NCBI RefSeq assembly: GCF_018350175.1
Contig: NC_058368.1
Span: 49,725,815-49,789,814 of the forward strand
Direction of reading: 5' to 3'
From: Felis catus
Lineage: Eukaryota
DNA: 64,000 nucleotides
This document shows, one piece after another, positions 51,933 to 64,000 of the stretch. How positions within the stretch are numbered: position 1 is the stretch's first letter; each line of letters opens with the position of its first letter. The notes below the pieces were generated by a model, which did no database searches, was not told the DNA's origin, and worked only from the letters and a program-made list of their open reading frames with translations. The position numbers and the translations under genes were made by a program.

Positions 51933-53331
51933 TCTTATTTATTATTTAGCTTTCAAATAAGTAGTTGATATGTAAAAATGTAAATCCTTATGAGGTCAAA
52001 TCTATCAATGTTTTCTTTTAACAGTTACTGCATTTTTGTATCTTAATACAGGCTTTCTTGTTTAAGGACACAAGAACATTCTTATTTTATTTTAATGATT
52101 TTAATATTTTGTTTACATTGAGGAGTTTGATCCATCTATAATGTATTTTGAGTAAGATAAGTGGAAGGAATATTTCTCTCTTTGGATAGCAAAATGATCC
52201 AACACTTCTTCCTGAGCAATTCAGCCTTTCCTCCAGAAATTTATAATGTTCTCTTTACTATACACCAAAGAATACTCCATTTTTGTAACGGTACAAATGT
52301 GAAAATAATGTGCATTTGGTATACTCTACATTTTAAAATCTGAATATTACATTTAAATAGTCCTTGATCACACAGCTGAATGTATATTCAATCAACACTG
52401 ATGTTCATCATCAATTTTGCCATGTGCCTATAATCTTGCTGTCTACTGAGCAGAAATCACAATTTGCATTTACAATGACTAGACCATTCTCTGCCGGGCT
52501 CTGGAGCTTGCGTTCTCCCCATCTATCATAATACCTCTCATGCCAAACTGCATTCACTGACTCACATGCCTGTCTTCCACTCTAGATTGTAAGCTCCTGA
52601 AGGCACAGGCCGCATCTCAGTCATTTCTGTATCCCCGGTGCCTAGCACATTGCCTGGCACATAGCAGATGCTTAACAAGGGTTTACTGACTTGCATTTCT
52701 TCTCTTGTGAAGTTGTTTTCAACCGTTTTTTTGTTGTTGTTGTTAGTAAGAGATACTGAGGAGAAAGGGGATGTGAGTCACAGAGTCACCTCTCCCTCAT
52801 TTCCCCTCCCCCTTCCTGAGTACACTTTTTTTTAAAAAACCTGCTTTATGATATCACATTATCCATGTCATCTTCAAATGTCCCTCAAAAACCATGCAAG
52901 GTTCATTCCAGTTCTATACTTTTAGGGAAAAGAACATATCATCAAGTGAGAGGGGAATAAAAAGAGACTTCTATAAACAGTCGACATTCTGGGATGCCTT
53001 TGCCTCTCTTCCCTCATTCGACAAATATTTGGGCAGTTCCCACTAAGTCCACAGCAGTCTTAAGAATTGTGAGAAATCCAACTCCCTTCCTCGAGTCTGC
53101 CTTCAGAAAAAAAATAAAAAATTAAAAAGAGAACGAAAGAGGGGGTGGGGGGAAATGCCAGGCGCCTAGGAGAGAGACTGCTCACACAAATCTGACTGGA
53201 CATGAGAAAGGACTCTTTGGGCTCTGATTTCACTTGGAAACAAAGAACGATTCAATGACAGGAGTGACTTTCTCACTTTCCCAAATGCCAGAGCAAATCT
53301 GCTTTTGCCCCGGGGCCAAGTTATACTGTAC

Positions 53332-53464
53332 CTTCAACCCTCTCACAGAGCTTATGCAGAGAGTGCATGGGGCAGGCCTCGCACAGCTTGATCTGGGTCT
53401 TGGCACTCTGCAGGGCAGCTGCTGTGCTGAAAGCCTGCTTCAGAGTCAGCATTACCTCATCCAC
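53332..53464 (-). CDS. TBC1D4: TBC1D4 exon 5 (end of second PTB domain); not in ORF track on this strand
   Basis: [47 protein letters not shown](G)|GTACAG; 133 nt, phase 0/1. Confidence 0.96.
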
Positions 53465-56400
53465 CTACAGGAAGAAACAGAACTCAGGTCTCTAAAAGTT
53501 TGCTTTCACGGTCACACATTGAAAGTCCAACGGCCACGTGAGACGTTGTGGATGCTTGACTAAATAATAAATGAGGGAATTTGATGACTACAGAGCTAGT
53601 AGAGAGAAAATATCAAGTGTAACCTTAGACCTTCAATTATCCTATCATTGAAGCTGGATAAAGTGAGGCCATGTGAAGGTGTAGCACACTAATGACTCGA
53701 ATGCTATTTTTGAATTCCACTGAGGGCTCCACCGTCACTGACAGTCAATCAGATCTTTCTTTAATTAAGTAGTATAACAGACTCCTTGGGAAGTTTTGTC
53801 TGCAATCCATAGGGAGCAACAAAAGAGGTTAAATGTTCACTTCTGGTAATAGGTATCCTATTTACTTCATCCTTCTGGATCATTTTTAGTGTAAAAACAA
53901 ATAAAACATGGGTTTAAGCAAAGTTCTGGGGGAAAACAAGTTCAATTTAAATCAGGTCAAGGGAAGTCTGTGAAGCTTGCTCTGTGTCTGCTAATTTATT
54001 ATCATTTCACTTCTGATTTATGACACTAAGAAGTTCTGACATCATGTTAGTGAACAGCTGGGTCTCACCACCAGGTCAGCAGTTTCAAAACCTCGAGCCG
54101 GTTTCCCCCCAGCCTTTCCAATGACTCAGTCAAGAAGTGTAAATCTAGCATTCTAGCCTACTGGTTGCTTCTTTGGGGTCATCCTCGACCACTGCTACAC
54201 TGACCTCAGGCTCCGTCTCCCCTGTTGATGTAATCATCAATGTGAGTTGTGGTTTCCCCATATACTGTACCCTGATCAAAGTCTAAAACCTCCATATGAA
54301 GCTGTGAGGTACCAAGGTCCTCACCAGAGGCAGCTTGGCTATTGAAAACCCAAGTCTCTTTTTCCCCTCCCCCTTCAGCCTGGTTTAAGAAGAAGCTATT
54401 ATAGAAAGGATTTCATCTACTTCTGCATTCGAGTGTATGAAGAACCTGCAACGAAATAACTTTATTCCTCTAATATTACTAAAAGGAGAGATCCAAACAC
54501 TGAGCAACCAGTCGTTCTTAAGTTGACTATGTGACCAATTTTTTAAAGGCTTGTGAATAATTTCACACTGTTCCATAAATAATGAATTATTCATAACGTC
54601 TGCTCTCTTACACCATAACTAAAAAATAAAAATTTCTCACTCTTGAAAACAAAAGCACCACATGTTTAATGCCTTTGCAGTTTTATTTCATTTGCCTTGT
54701 TGTGTATTCAAAAGCAACTTCAATGACTTGAGAACATGTTTGTTTTTATTTTCTTGTTTCTCATTTATTAAAGGCACCAAAAGGATGAATCCTCTGCTTA
54801 GCTTTCATGTGGAATTATTGTGTGTAATTATTAATACTGCTTTGTAAAGGGCCTCCAATGGAAATACTGAACTTTCACATTTTCTTCTTTATTTCTAGAT
54901 GAAACAAAAGCCCATTTCAATGGTATCTAATATGTGGCTACCAATTTCTTCCAGCCACAAATACTACTAAAAACTTTATCGGACTTCTAAAATTTTAAAT
55001 GTTTTGCTTGTTTAGATCCATCATTTTTTTAGATGGCCTATAAATTCTATCATGGAATCAGAGCAACTAAAAGTTCAAACAAGTGCAGTATGAATAACTT
55101 AATTGTTTTAGTCTAGACATAACAACAAAAATATCATAGGTCATGTTAAGAGGTTAAAAGTAAAGGACTTAACAAGGATAAATCCATAATGAAGATAATG
55201 CCCATAAACATTTATGCACCAAACTTAGGTATTCCATAGCATTTAAGAATCAATGTAAGAATCACAGAACGTGTAAGGACTTCACAGGATTACCTAATTC
55301 AATTCTCTGGAAAATGTAAACTATTAAACTCCATACAAATTCTGGGTCTTGGGAGCATGAGCCTTTTTTTTCCCCCATACTTTTCCTGGATACTGTTGTC
55401 TGCATCTGTGGGGTTTTACTTTTCCTTGGTCTATAGGTAGGAACTTCCATTTTTTTCCAGGCCTATTAGACTAATTTGGAGACCGCAAAAGTGGTGTTTT
55501 CCATCAATCTCATGGTCTTAGTCAAACAAGATGAAGCCACCTGCCTACCGCTAATTTACAAAGGACGAAAGGCATACTGAGCATCTAAACTTGGGGTGAA
55601 AAACCCCAGGAGTCATGAGAACCACTACATTGTTTATCAATTCACAGCAACTGCTACAAAAAAAGAAAAGAAAATGTGAGCTGTGTATTCTTTGTACTCA
55701 GAGAAGATAACTCAGTATGTGTGGTTTTGCAATACTTTGTCTTACACAACTGCCAAGCCACATCAATCGTAACACTGCTTAGACTATAATATTTAATTAA
55801 CTGTTTTGTTCTATATACCAGCTGCTTGAACTATCCTCATTTAATACAGGAAATCTCATTTAGTTTTTCTTCTAGCTTGGAGTTCTGATGCCCCACATTT
55901 CAGTTAAGATGCCACTGATAAAATTAGACTCAACAAGTTTTAAAAGATTCCGGCAAAGCCCTGTTCTAAGGAATAGCAATGCCCAAATGGAGATTTGGAC
56001 ACAGCTTCGGTGTAAGAGGAAGACATTCTCAGCCAGTCTGGGCTGTGGCCTTAGTCACAGAGCTTCCTCAGGTGGAAAATTCAGCACATTCTCAGACTTT
56101 CTACTCTTAACTCCCTGTTTCAAACACATGTATGAGGACAAAACAAAAATACTAAAATCTATAAACAAAACCAAACCTGTACAAGAGATTGAGAATAAGG
56201 TTTCATGTAGTTTTCCTTTCAGTGCAGGTAAACTAGTAATCAGATTAACTGGCACCTAGAAAATGTCTGAAATAAGAGTCACACACTCACTCAGAATACA
56301 CTGAAAGACCACCTGATACTCTAGTCTAGAAACGCGGGGGGATACAACAAGAATGAGGGTGGTCTTGGCCTTGTATGAGTAACAATCTAGTGGACTAGAA

Positions 56401-57863
56401 AGTTATGTGAACAAGTAAGAGTGGGCATTGATAGGAACTGTTAGGGACCTATAAACAATGTGTCGCAAGAGCACTGGCAATAAAGCAACTAAAAGAAGTC
56501 AATTCCTTAAAAAAAAAAAAAAGCCATCCGAAAAAGCTTCACTAGGATGTACACAAATACAAAGCTGAAAAGAAGAAGGGGATGTAAGTGACAGTAAAGC
56601 AAGGCCTGGCTGGGGTCACATCCAATGAAGAAGTAAAGAGAATGTGAAAACAGGTAATGAAAGAATGGCACAGTCTCCCTGTTCGGAAGCAGCACAGACC
56701 CTGGAGACTCACCAGGTCACCCTCCCTCCTGACAATATAAAAGTGTGAGCCCTGGCTGTGGCTTCTTCTCACACAGCAGACTCCTCACTCTGCGCAGCCA
56801 ACAGTGACCTCAGAACGTCAGCTGTACTTGTGTGGGCTCCAGCCACTCACTGAACATCTTGATCCCATGTGTCCCAAACCACATGAAAGCAACCTCACAC
56901 CAATCATCACACCAGCCTCTGCTGTCTGGCCCAGAGACCAGCTCGGGCCATGTGAGAATACGGTCATGAAAGGGAGAGGCAACCCAGTGGGGACCAGGGA
57001 AAGAGGAAGGCCCTTTTGCCATGCCAGACAATCTAGAGCCTGTCTTTTAACAAGGAGGCATAATCTGGTTCCTGGAAGTTTTGTGAGAAAAAAAACCTAG
57101 AGCATGATGCACAAAGTGGACAGATGACATATTAAGCCAGTGAGCGGCAGGGAGACTAGTTAGGACCCTAGAGTGATGATGGCCTAAGCAAGGAAGAGGA
57201 ATGCCCAGACTCAGGTAGCAGGCAGAGAGGGAAAGGAGGAGAAATGGATAAGGGACTTTTCTACCTTTACCTTAACAGGATTTGGTGAACAAGGGGATAC
57301 AGAAGGTGAAGGAGAATGCCTTATGATATCTAAATTCAGAAGCTGGGTAAATGGAGCTGCTAAAATAAAACACGGAACACAGCACAGGTTTTGGAAAGGC
57401 AGAAGAGTAAGGGATCCCCGACATGGTGCAAGACTCAGCCTCAGCAAGGAAGAGGAACCATGGAAGGAGGGAGGGAGGGGTGAGCAGGGAGCAGGACGGC
57501 ATATTCTCCTGGCCTTATTTTCTACCTAATGCTTACCTGGCTGGCACTTTCCAGTTCTGTGTCACTGTTCTCTTTGGCTTTCTCTTTCTCTTTCCCTGTC
57601 CTCATCTGCTCCCACGCCTTCAACTATCATTTATATGATGGCAACTCTCAAATTTCTATCTCCAATCCTGAACTGGACCCATTACACAGTGGTCACCTGG
57701 ATCTCAACATGGGGAGTTTTTCTGGGCATGGTTAATTATCTAGCATGAGAACAAAATGTAAATGGGACTCTCTTGAGGAAGAAATTGTTAGTGATGGGAG
57801 TACTCTATTCCCCAGGGAAACAGGTTGAGATCCCAGAGGGCCCCAGGCAGAAAGCGCCTTTGT

Positions 57864-58104
57864 TGGAGCACCCGGGTGGCTGACGCAGCTGATCCCCAGA
57901 TTCTTGATACCATATGGACTCAGGTCGTGATCTCATGGTTGCGATCTCACGGTCGTGGGATCGAGCCCCACGTGCAGCCAGCACTGAGCAGAACCTGCTC
58001 GGAATTCTCTCTCCCTCTCTCTCTGCTCCTCTTCTGCTCGCGCTCTCTCTCTCTCAAAATAAATAAACAAAACTCAAAAAAAAAAAAAAAAAAAGAAAAA
58101 AGAA
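57864..58104 (+). mobile_element. Divergent Can-SINE with internal duplication
   Basis: ggagcacccgggtggct head, CT tract, A tail; TSD agaaag(c/t)gcctttgt. Confidence 0.85.
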
Positions 58105-59020
58105 AGAAAGTGCCTTTGTACCAATTCACTCCCATTTCTTCATTTTTCCTACTCTCAGTGTCTATATGGGGAGTATGGGAGGCCAGAGTTGAGCAGAAAT
58201 GCTGGCAATGTGCACCAAAGAAATGAGGAGAATGCTGTCTGTCTTGTTGTGTACATCTAAGAGGTGTGTGTTTCCCCAGGAGAAATGCTTGCAGGCAGAC
58301 TATATACCTACAGACATATTTTTCTTCAAAGTATGGTGACAGAGCTAAAGGTTTGTGTTAAGATGGTTAGGAGAGATCATAAAAGTGGAAGAAAAAGCAA
58401 AAAATGTTAGGGGAAAAATATCAAAATATTTTTAGTTGCTCACATGCATTTCTAAGTTTGCCTTAAATATTTCTTCAGCTCCAGCTGCCCCCATGAAGGG
58501 GTAGGTAGAGGGAGTGAGGGGAGGGTGTTGGAAAGAAGAATCAACTTTTAAATTCCAAAGAAAGAAAATAAAGGCTAAAATAAGACCATAAGAAATAAAG
58601 TTTTTAAAAAATGAGAACAGTCGCTAATTAAGAAAGAAAGCCAAATCCTTCTCTGCTGATGTAAGCATTACCTCCTCTGAGATGTTATAATAATTCAGAG
58701 AATAAGAGATCCGTGGTCTTCCTTTTCGTCTTATCTGAGCAATGGGAAAAAGAACAGCTCTTTTCCTGTTATTAGTGTTTTCCTACCTTGTACAAATACT
58801 CCTGGTCACATGACTGGATTTGTTCAACTCCAGAAGGCATCTAGGCTTAAAAATTACCGTGACACTATGTTTTTGTCTTTCTACTATTGTGCTGCTTTAA
58901 ACAGCAGAGACCTGTCTCTAGATGCCCTCTTCTTTTCCACTGGTGGCAGCTGCGTGAGGCTTGGGTGCACCCTGGTAGCCGGAGTGGGCAGGAGCTAGCG
59001 GACAACGATCAACCACTTAC

Positions 59021-59125
59021 CAGGGATTCACTGGCACACTGGAACACATAACAGATATACTGGCTCAGCCCAGGCTCCGGTGACTCCCGACAGATAAAGC
59101 CAAAGTGATCAACATGCTTTATACC
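59021..59125 (-). CDS. TBC1D4: TBC1D4 exon 4 (second PTB domain); not in ORF track
   Basis: [44 protein letters not shown]; 105 nt, phase 0/0. Confidence 0.96.
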
Positions 59126-61087
59126 CTACAGTTGGGGAAAAAAGTACAGCATTCATTGGAATATGTCCATTTAATCAACACTATGGAAATTATCATCAAT
59201 TCTATGCTTTCACGCTTCCATGAATTACTCCTTCTCAACCCTGGGATAGGGGACATAATGACATTTGTGTGGTGGTCTTTTGACACATAAAATAAAGGGA
59301 GAGACCAATTCAGATTGCTTTGTTTCAGACAAACACTCCTGCACGCTGTGACTCTGGCCACAGGAAGAAAACTATGATGGCGTGATTCATTGTCTCTTGT
59401 AATAAAACTGCTACTCGGTGTTTGCAAGTAATGGAGTTTTCAATTTATTGGTCTTCGTGGAACGAACAGTCTGATAGTTTATCAGAAGCCCTGTTCTTGT
59501 CTATATGAAGCTAAGAATCAGAAACACTACAGCTAACAATGCCCTAATTAAATGGCATGCAATTCCCCAAAGTGTGCACTGAAAATACTAGAATACCTGT
59601 CTATATGCATAGATATTCAAGGAGCCACAACGGTTAGAAAAATAATATATTAATGAAATTACTGCAGGTATCAATTATCCAAATTAAAAGTCACTGTACT
59701 TTCTGAATGCAGGCTAAATAACCTCAGTTATGCTTAATAAAAAAAATCGTGAATCATCTGTCAATTTCAGCCAGGCTGAATCCATACATAACCAATTAGG
59801 AGACAGCACCTTGTTATTTTAATAGCAAGCACAGTACTCTAAAAAGCCAGGTAGACAAAAAATTTAAAGTTGTCGTGCAATCACCTAAATCCCAGTGAAA
59901 AGAAAATAGGCTTTGGAGTCAGACAGATTTGTGCTTCATTCTTACTTCAACCCATCTACAAGATATGAGACATTGTGCTGGGTTTCTAATAATGATCTCT
60001 AAGGCTCCATTTCTCATTATAAAATAGTAGTAGTAATGGTACCTATGCCAGCAATTTTCAAAATTTACAACTAAGAATTATCTATAATAGTCACCAGCAC
60101 ATAACTTTGATAAACGGTAACCTCTATTACGTATCTTGTAATATGCTCAGTCTATCCAATGGATATGAATAAGGGAAATCAATTCTGACCAAAGAAAAAA
60201 GTCAATAAGGAGGAATGAGGTTACAATTTATGAGGTAAAAGTAAGCTCCATCTGGCACAACTCCTTAGAGATTAAAAAATATCTTTTACTAGCTTAGTAC
60301 TAAATGGGAAAAATTCATAGCACCTCATTAACTTAGGGAGACTTTAAGCAGTGGCAATGTCTCCAGAAAAGAAAAGCCACTCCCTTCTTCCCTATGCTTG
60401 CCAGGGACACAGTCCTATAGATTTGCACAAAGAAACTGTTTGTAGGTGTGCATGTGTTAAAAAGCAGGTCTGTTGCTGAATGTGGCCACATTGTATCAGT
60501 TCAGTTCAGTGTGGAGAGAAGTAATAAGAGCAGGGCACTCAGTGAGGAGCAGAGGTTAACTTGACAATTATTCTCATCAAAGGCCTTTCCACCAATGTTT
60601 AATTCTTTTTCTGCACCAGAAGGTTAGAAAACAAAGCTTGCTCTAGAAAAAGAGGGGGAAAAGCAAAAATCATGTTTGGACTGCTAGTTTTATATATTTG
60701 GTTTGGTTGGGGTTTTTTTCTTTTGTTTTTACACACCCCCGCCACCCCCCCCCCCCTCCCACTTTGGATGTTCAATGATCATTGCTAGTTTTCTTACTGG
60801 GAGGTCTGAGGACTGGTCAGGTGAGAGGCATAGCTTTTTAGAATGACTGTTGGTGTTCTGGGGGGCAGAAAGTATACTGGTTTGTACATCACTTCTTCCT
60901 CTATACTCGCCACAAGGTCCCACATGTAGAAATGCTCATTCAACATTTATTGAACACTTAACTATTAAGCTATATCTTAACATTTTATTCTGATGCCTTA
61001 CAGAATGAGACACCACAAAATAAGACACCTGCCCTCACAAAGTTTATGATCTTGCAGGGACTCTCCAGTAGGCAGGTAATTACAAGA

Positions 61088-61299
61088 CTTAATAACTATT
61101 TTTTTCAGGGGTGCCTGGGTGGCTCGGCCAGTTGAGCATCTGACTCTTGATTCTGGCCCAGGTCATGATCTTGTGGATCATGGGTTCAAGCCCTGGATCA
61201 GGCCCTGTGCTGACGGTGCAGAGCCCACGTGGGATTCTCTCTCTACCTCTCTTTCTGCCCCTCCCCTGCTCATGCTCTTGCTCTAAATAAATAAATAAA
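61088..61299 (+). mobile_element. Can-SINE
   Basis: ggggtgcctgggtggctc head, (taaa)n tail. Confidence 0.92.
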
Positions 61300-61641
61300 C
61301 TTTTTTTTTGTTTTTTTCAGTTAAAGTGAATATAATCTTTCTACCACATTTTTGGTCCTTTAAGTAGAATTTAGAAAATTACCATTTATCATTCCTATAA
61401 AGATGCTGCCTCTCTCTCTCTCTGTTATTAAAGTAGAAAGTTTTTACCTTCATGACATTATTTTATGTCACCATGTAATATAACAAATATTAGAATATTA
61501 GAAGCAAAACTGCATTAGCTGAGGCCAGGGTGAATAATTAACAAGATGTACAAAAGCTTGTCATTTTTGAAAGGAAGAATGTCTAACTATCATACCTATG
61601 GCAATGCTAACTCTGAAATTTAAAAATAAATAGGAAGTCCC

Positions 61642-61838
61642 AGGGTGCCTTCATAGCTCAGTCGGTTTGAGCGTCTGACTCTTGATTTCAGCTCAGATCA
61701 CGGTCCTAGGGTTGGGTTGTGGGATGGAGCCCCACATAGGGCTCTGCACTGAGTGTCTCAGAGAGTCTCTCTTCCTCTGCCCCTCGCCCCTGCTCACACA
61801 CTCTCTAAAATAAAAATTAAAATAAAATAAAAATAAAT
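61642..61838 (+). mobile_element. Can-SINE
   Basis: agggtgcct...gctcagtcggtttgagcgtctgactcttg head, (taaaa)n tail. Confidence 0.88.
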
Positions 61839-61855
61839 GGGTAGTCTTGTGTGTT

Positions 61856-61890
<35 letters not shown>

Positions 61891-62682
61891 GGTAGTCTTG
61901 ATTTTTCAACATTAAAATACAGAAAAGGACCTTGGCAAGATCTAGGTCCCTAAAGGTGCACCTAAGTCACCCCACTAGGAGAGAAGTTAATCCTTTTCTA
62001 TTCCAGAGGCCTCCACTGAGGCATCCTTGCATTATTAACCTTCCCATGTTTAGGTTTAGATACTCTCTCCACTCCAACATCTTCAAAAACTCTTTCTGTG
62101 TTTACAATATATTTAGGAAGCTCTAACTTTCAGACAGACATTGTAAATTATTACTGTGGACACTGGTGTAGGCCTACTATGACCTTGCACACATTTAGCT
62201 GTGTCAATAGTTTCAAAACATTCAAATACACAGTTTGTGACCTAAAAATAAACAAAGAACAAAAATATACCAAAACGTTGTTTTTCCAACTTTAGCATTT
62301 ACATTAAAAGAAGTTGAAAGTACTAGTTCTCCTTTTACTACCTACTAGGATATAAAGAGCAAACATGACTCAGTGATACCCACAAGTCCCACTGCCCGAG
62401 ACTCTGAGGAACACTAACTGTGAAGGTATGTCCAAAAGAACTCTCCACCACAAAAATTCCACCAGAGGAAGGTATCTGATGAAGTGACATTACAAGGAGA
62501 AAGTGGTGACAAAAATGAGGACCAACTATTAATATACTGAGGGACCTGGACAGGATTTTGTTATCAGCAGAGACACAAACACAAGAGCTCTTATTTAAGA
62601 CAAATCCACTTAAAAAATTAAAATTCCAAAAAAAACCCAGTAAAATTTGAAGGAGTCTAAATCTAGTTATTGGATGGTTAAG

Positions 62683-62930
62683 TGGGGCGCCTGGGTGGCT
62701 CAGTTGGTTAAGTGCCAGACTTTGGCTCAGGTCATGATCTCACGGTTTGTGGGTTCAAGCCCCACGTCAGGCTCTGTGCTGACAGCTCAGAGACTGGAGC
62801 CTGCTTCAGATTCTGTGTCTCCCTCTCTCTCTGCCCCTCCCCTGCTTGTGCTCTATCTCTCTCTCTCACAAAATAAACATTAAAAAAAAATTTTTTTTAT
62901 TTAAAAAATAATAAATTTTTTTTTAAATAA
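62683..62930 (+). mobile_element. Can-SINE
   Basis: ggggcgcctgggtggctcagttggttaag head; mixed A/T-run tail. Confidence 0.93.
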
Positions 62931-62981
62931 AAACAAGATTAAGTTGGCTTAATCAAACATAAGATGTACTTTAATACATAC

Positions 62982-63071
62982 CTGAGAACAAGAAGAGATA
63001 TCTTTAAAATTCTTTTCAAGCACAACTGATTTAGTGTCTGGACTGATAAGGTTAATCTCAAACCGCCCAAC
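62982..63071 (-). CDS. TBC1D4: TBC1D4 exon 3 (second PTB domain); coding frame not in ORF track
   Basis: [39 protein letters not shown]; 90 nt, phase 0/0; uses the less common AAG acceptor. Confidence 0.95.
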
Positions 63072-64000
63072 CTTAAAAATAAAAACATTCCAGTTAATTT
63101 CAACTTGCAAGGACCCAACATCTTACTTTACAATTAAATATCCAAATAGTAATACAGATTCAATTGCTCACATATTCACATGTGCTTCAACACCCAATCC
63201 AACCAGTATTTCAACTCCAAATATCGGCTGCCTCACCACATTTCCTCCTTTTGTCCAAAGATCATGAAAATTAAACAGGTCTTAAGTTACAAGACACGAG
63301 AAACCCTTTTTTTTTCCATATTAAAAGTGATTGTCTTTTTAAAAACATGCAACCTTTCTTCACTTCACGATTTCTAAAGCACCAATTATTTTATTATAAT
63401 TGATAATCATACTTCCTCCCAAATGGTCAAAAGATAGTGTTTGCAATTGGACAGATTAGTTAAAATTTTTGAAAACCAACAACCAGAGAAATTAACATCA
63501 ATTCCTGATGCTAGTTAAAAAAAATGAATAAATCTGACAGCCCCAAAAGAGAGGAAGCTCAGTCAGAGTTATCACCCAAGAAAAGACCATGGACACTTTC
63601 ATTACATGCCTAGAGTTATCAAAAACAAAAGAGGACAAAACAAAAGAACCCATGAACCTCTGATAGGTCAGGATTACACACAGGGATTGTTTACCAAGGT
63701 ACACTGTGGAATTTCCTTGTCTAGGGTTCGTTACCACAGGATAAAAGGACAGTCACTCGTTTTTTTTTTTTTTTTTTTTTCCAGGAAAAGTCAGATCTTA
63801 CAAGCTGAGGACTAAAGAACCTTTCCAGGGCTTTGTTTTCACTGAATTTCTTTTAGGTGCAACTTGGCATTTTCTATCTCCTGTACAAATTCGAAAACTA
63901 CTTTTTAGAATGAAGATGTATCTTTTACGTCTATAATACAGTCTGTACCACATTATTTTAGTAACGGATCCAGTAAGTAGTCAGGCCCATGATGTTTCTT

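Noticed and set aside
53234..53563. 109-aa plus-strand ORF
   Set aside because: Antisense shadow of exon 5
1..64000. A second gene or novel multi-gene system among the many short ORFs
   Set aside because: The ORFs are exon read-throughs, antisense shadows of TBC1D4 exons, SINE/L1 translations or chance frames in AT-rich intron; none has independent support such as domain similarity or an exon chain

Overview
Mammalian genomic DNA, almost certainly from a felid (feliform-type Can-SINEs throughout, plus a felid-type L1 3' end). The whole window lies inside one minus-strand gene, TBC1D4 (AS160, the Akt-regulated Rab-GAP controlling GLUT4 traffic). I traced 19 coding exons by hand, exons 3-21 in the human numbering as I recall it. 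All have GT-AG boundaries and compatible phases, and they total 2817 nt in one open frame ending at TAA 214-216; exons 1-2 and most of the 3' UTR lie outside the window. Several real exons are absent from the ORF track, including a 24-nt microexon at 29934-29957. Introns hold about 25 Can-SINEs, a 5'-truncated L1 with TSDs, an LTR33-like LTR and old L1M/MIR/L2 relics. I found no evidence of a new gene or an undescribed system. The best leads are RNA-level: the exon 11/12 cassette and its splicing motifs, an inverted SINE pair bracketing the catalytic exons 16-17, a very young SINE, a possible cryptic exon, and a CGG codon at the position of the human p.Arg684Ter variant.
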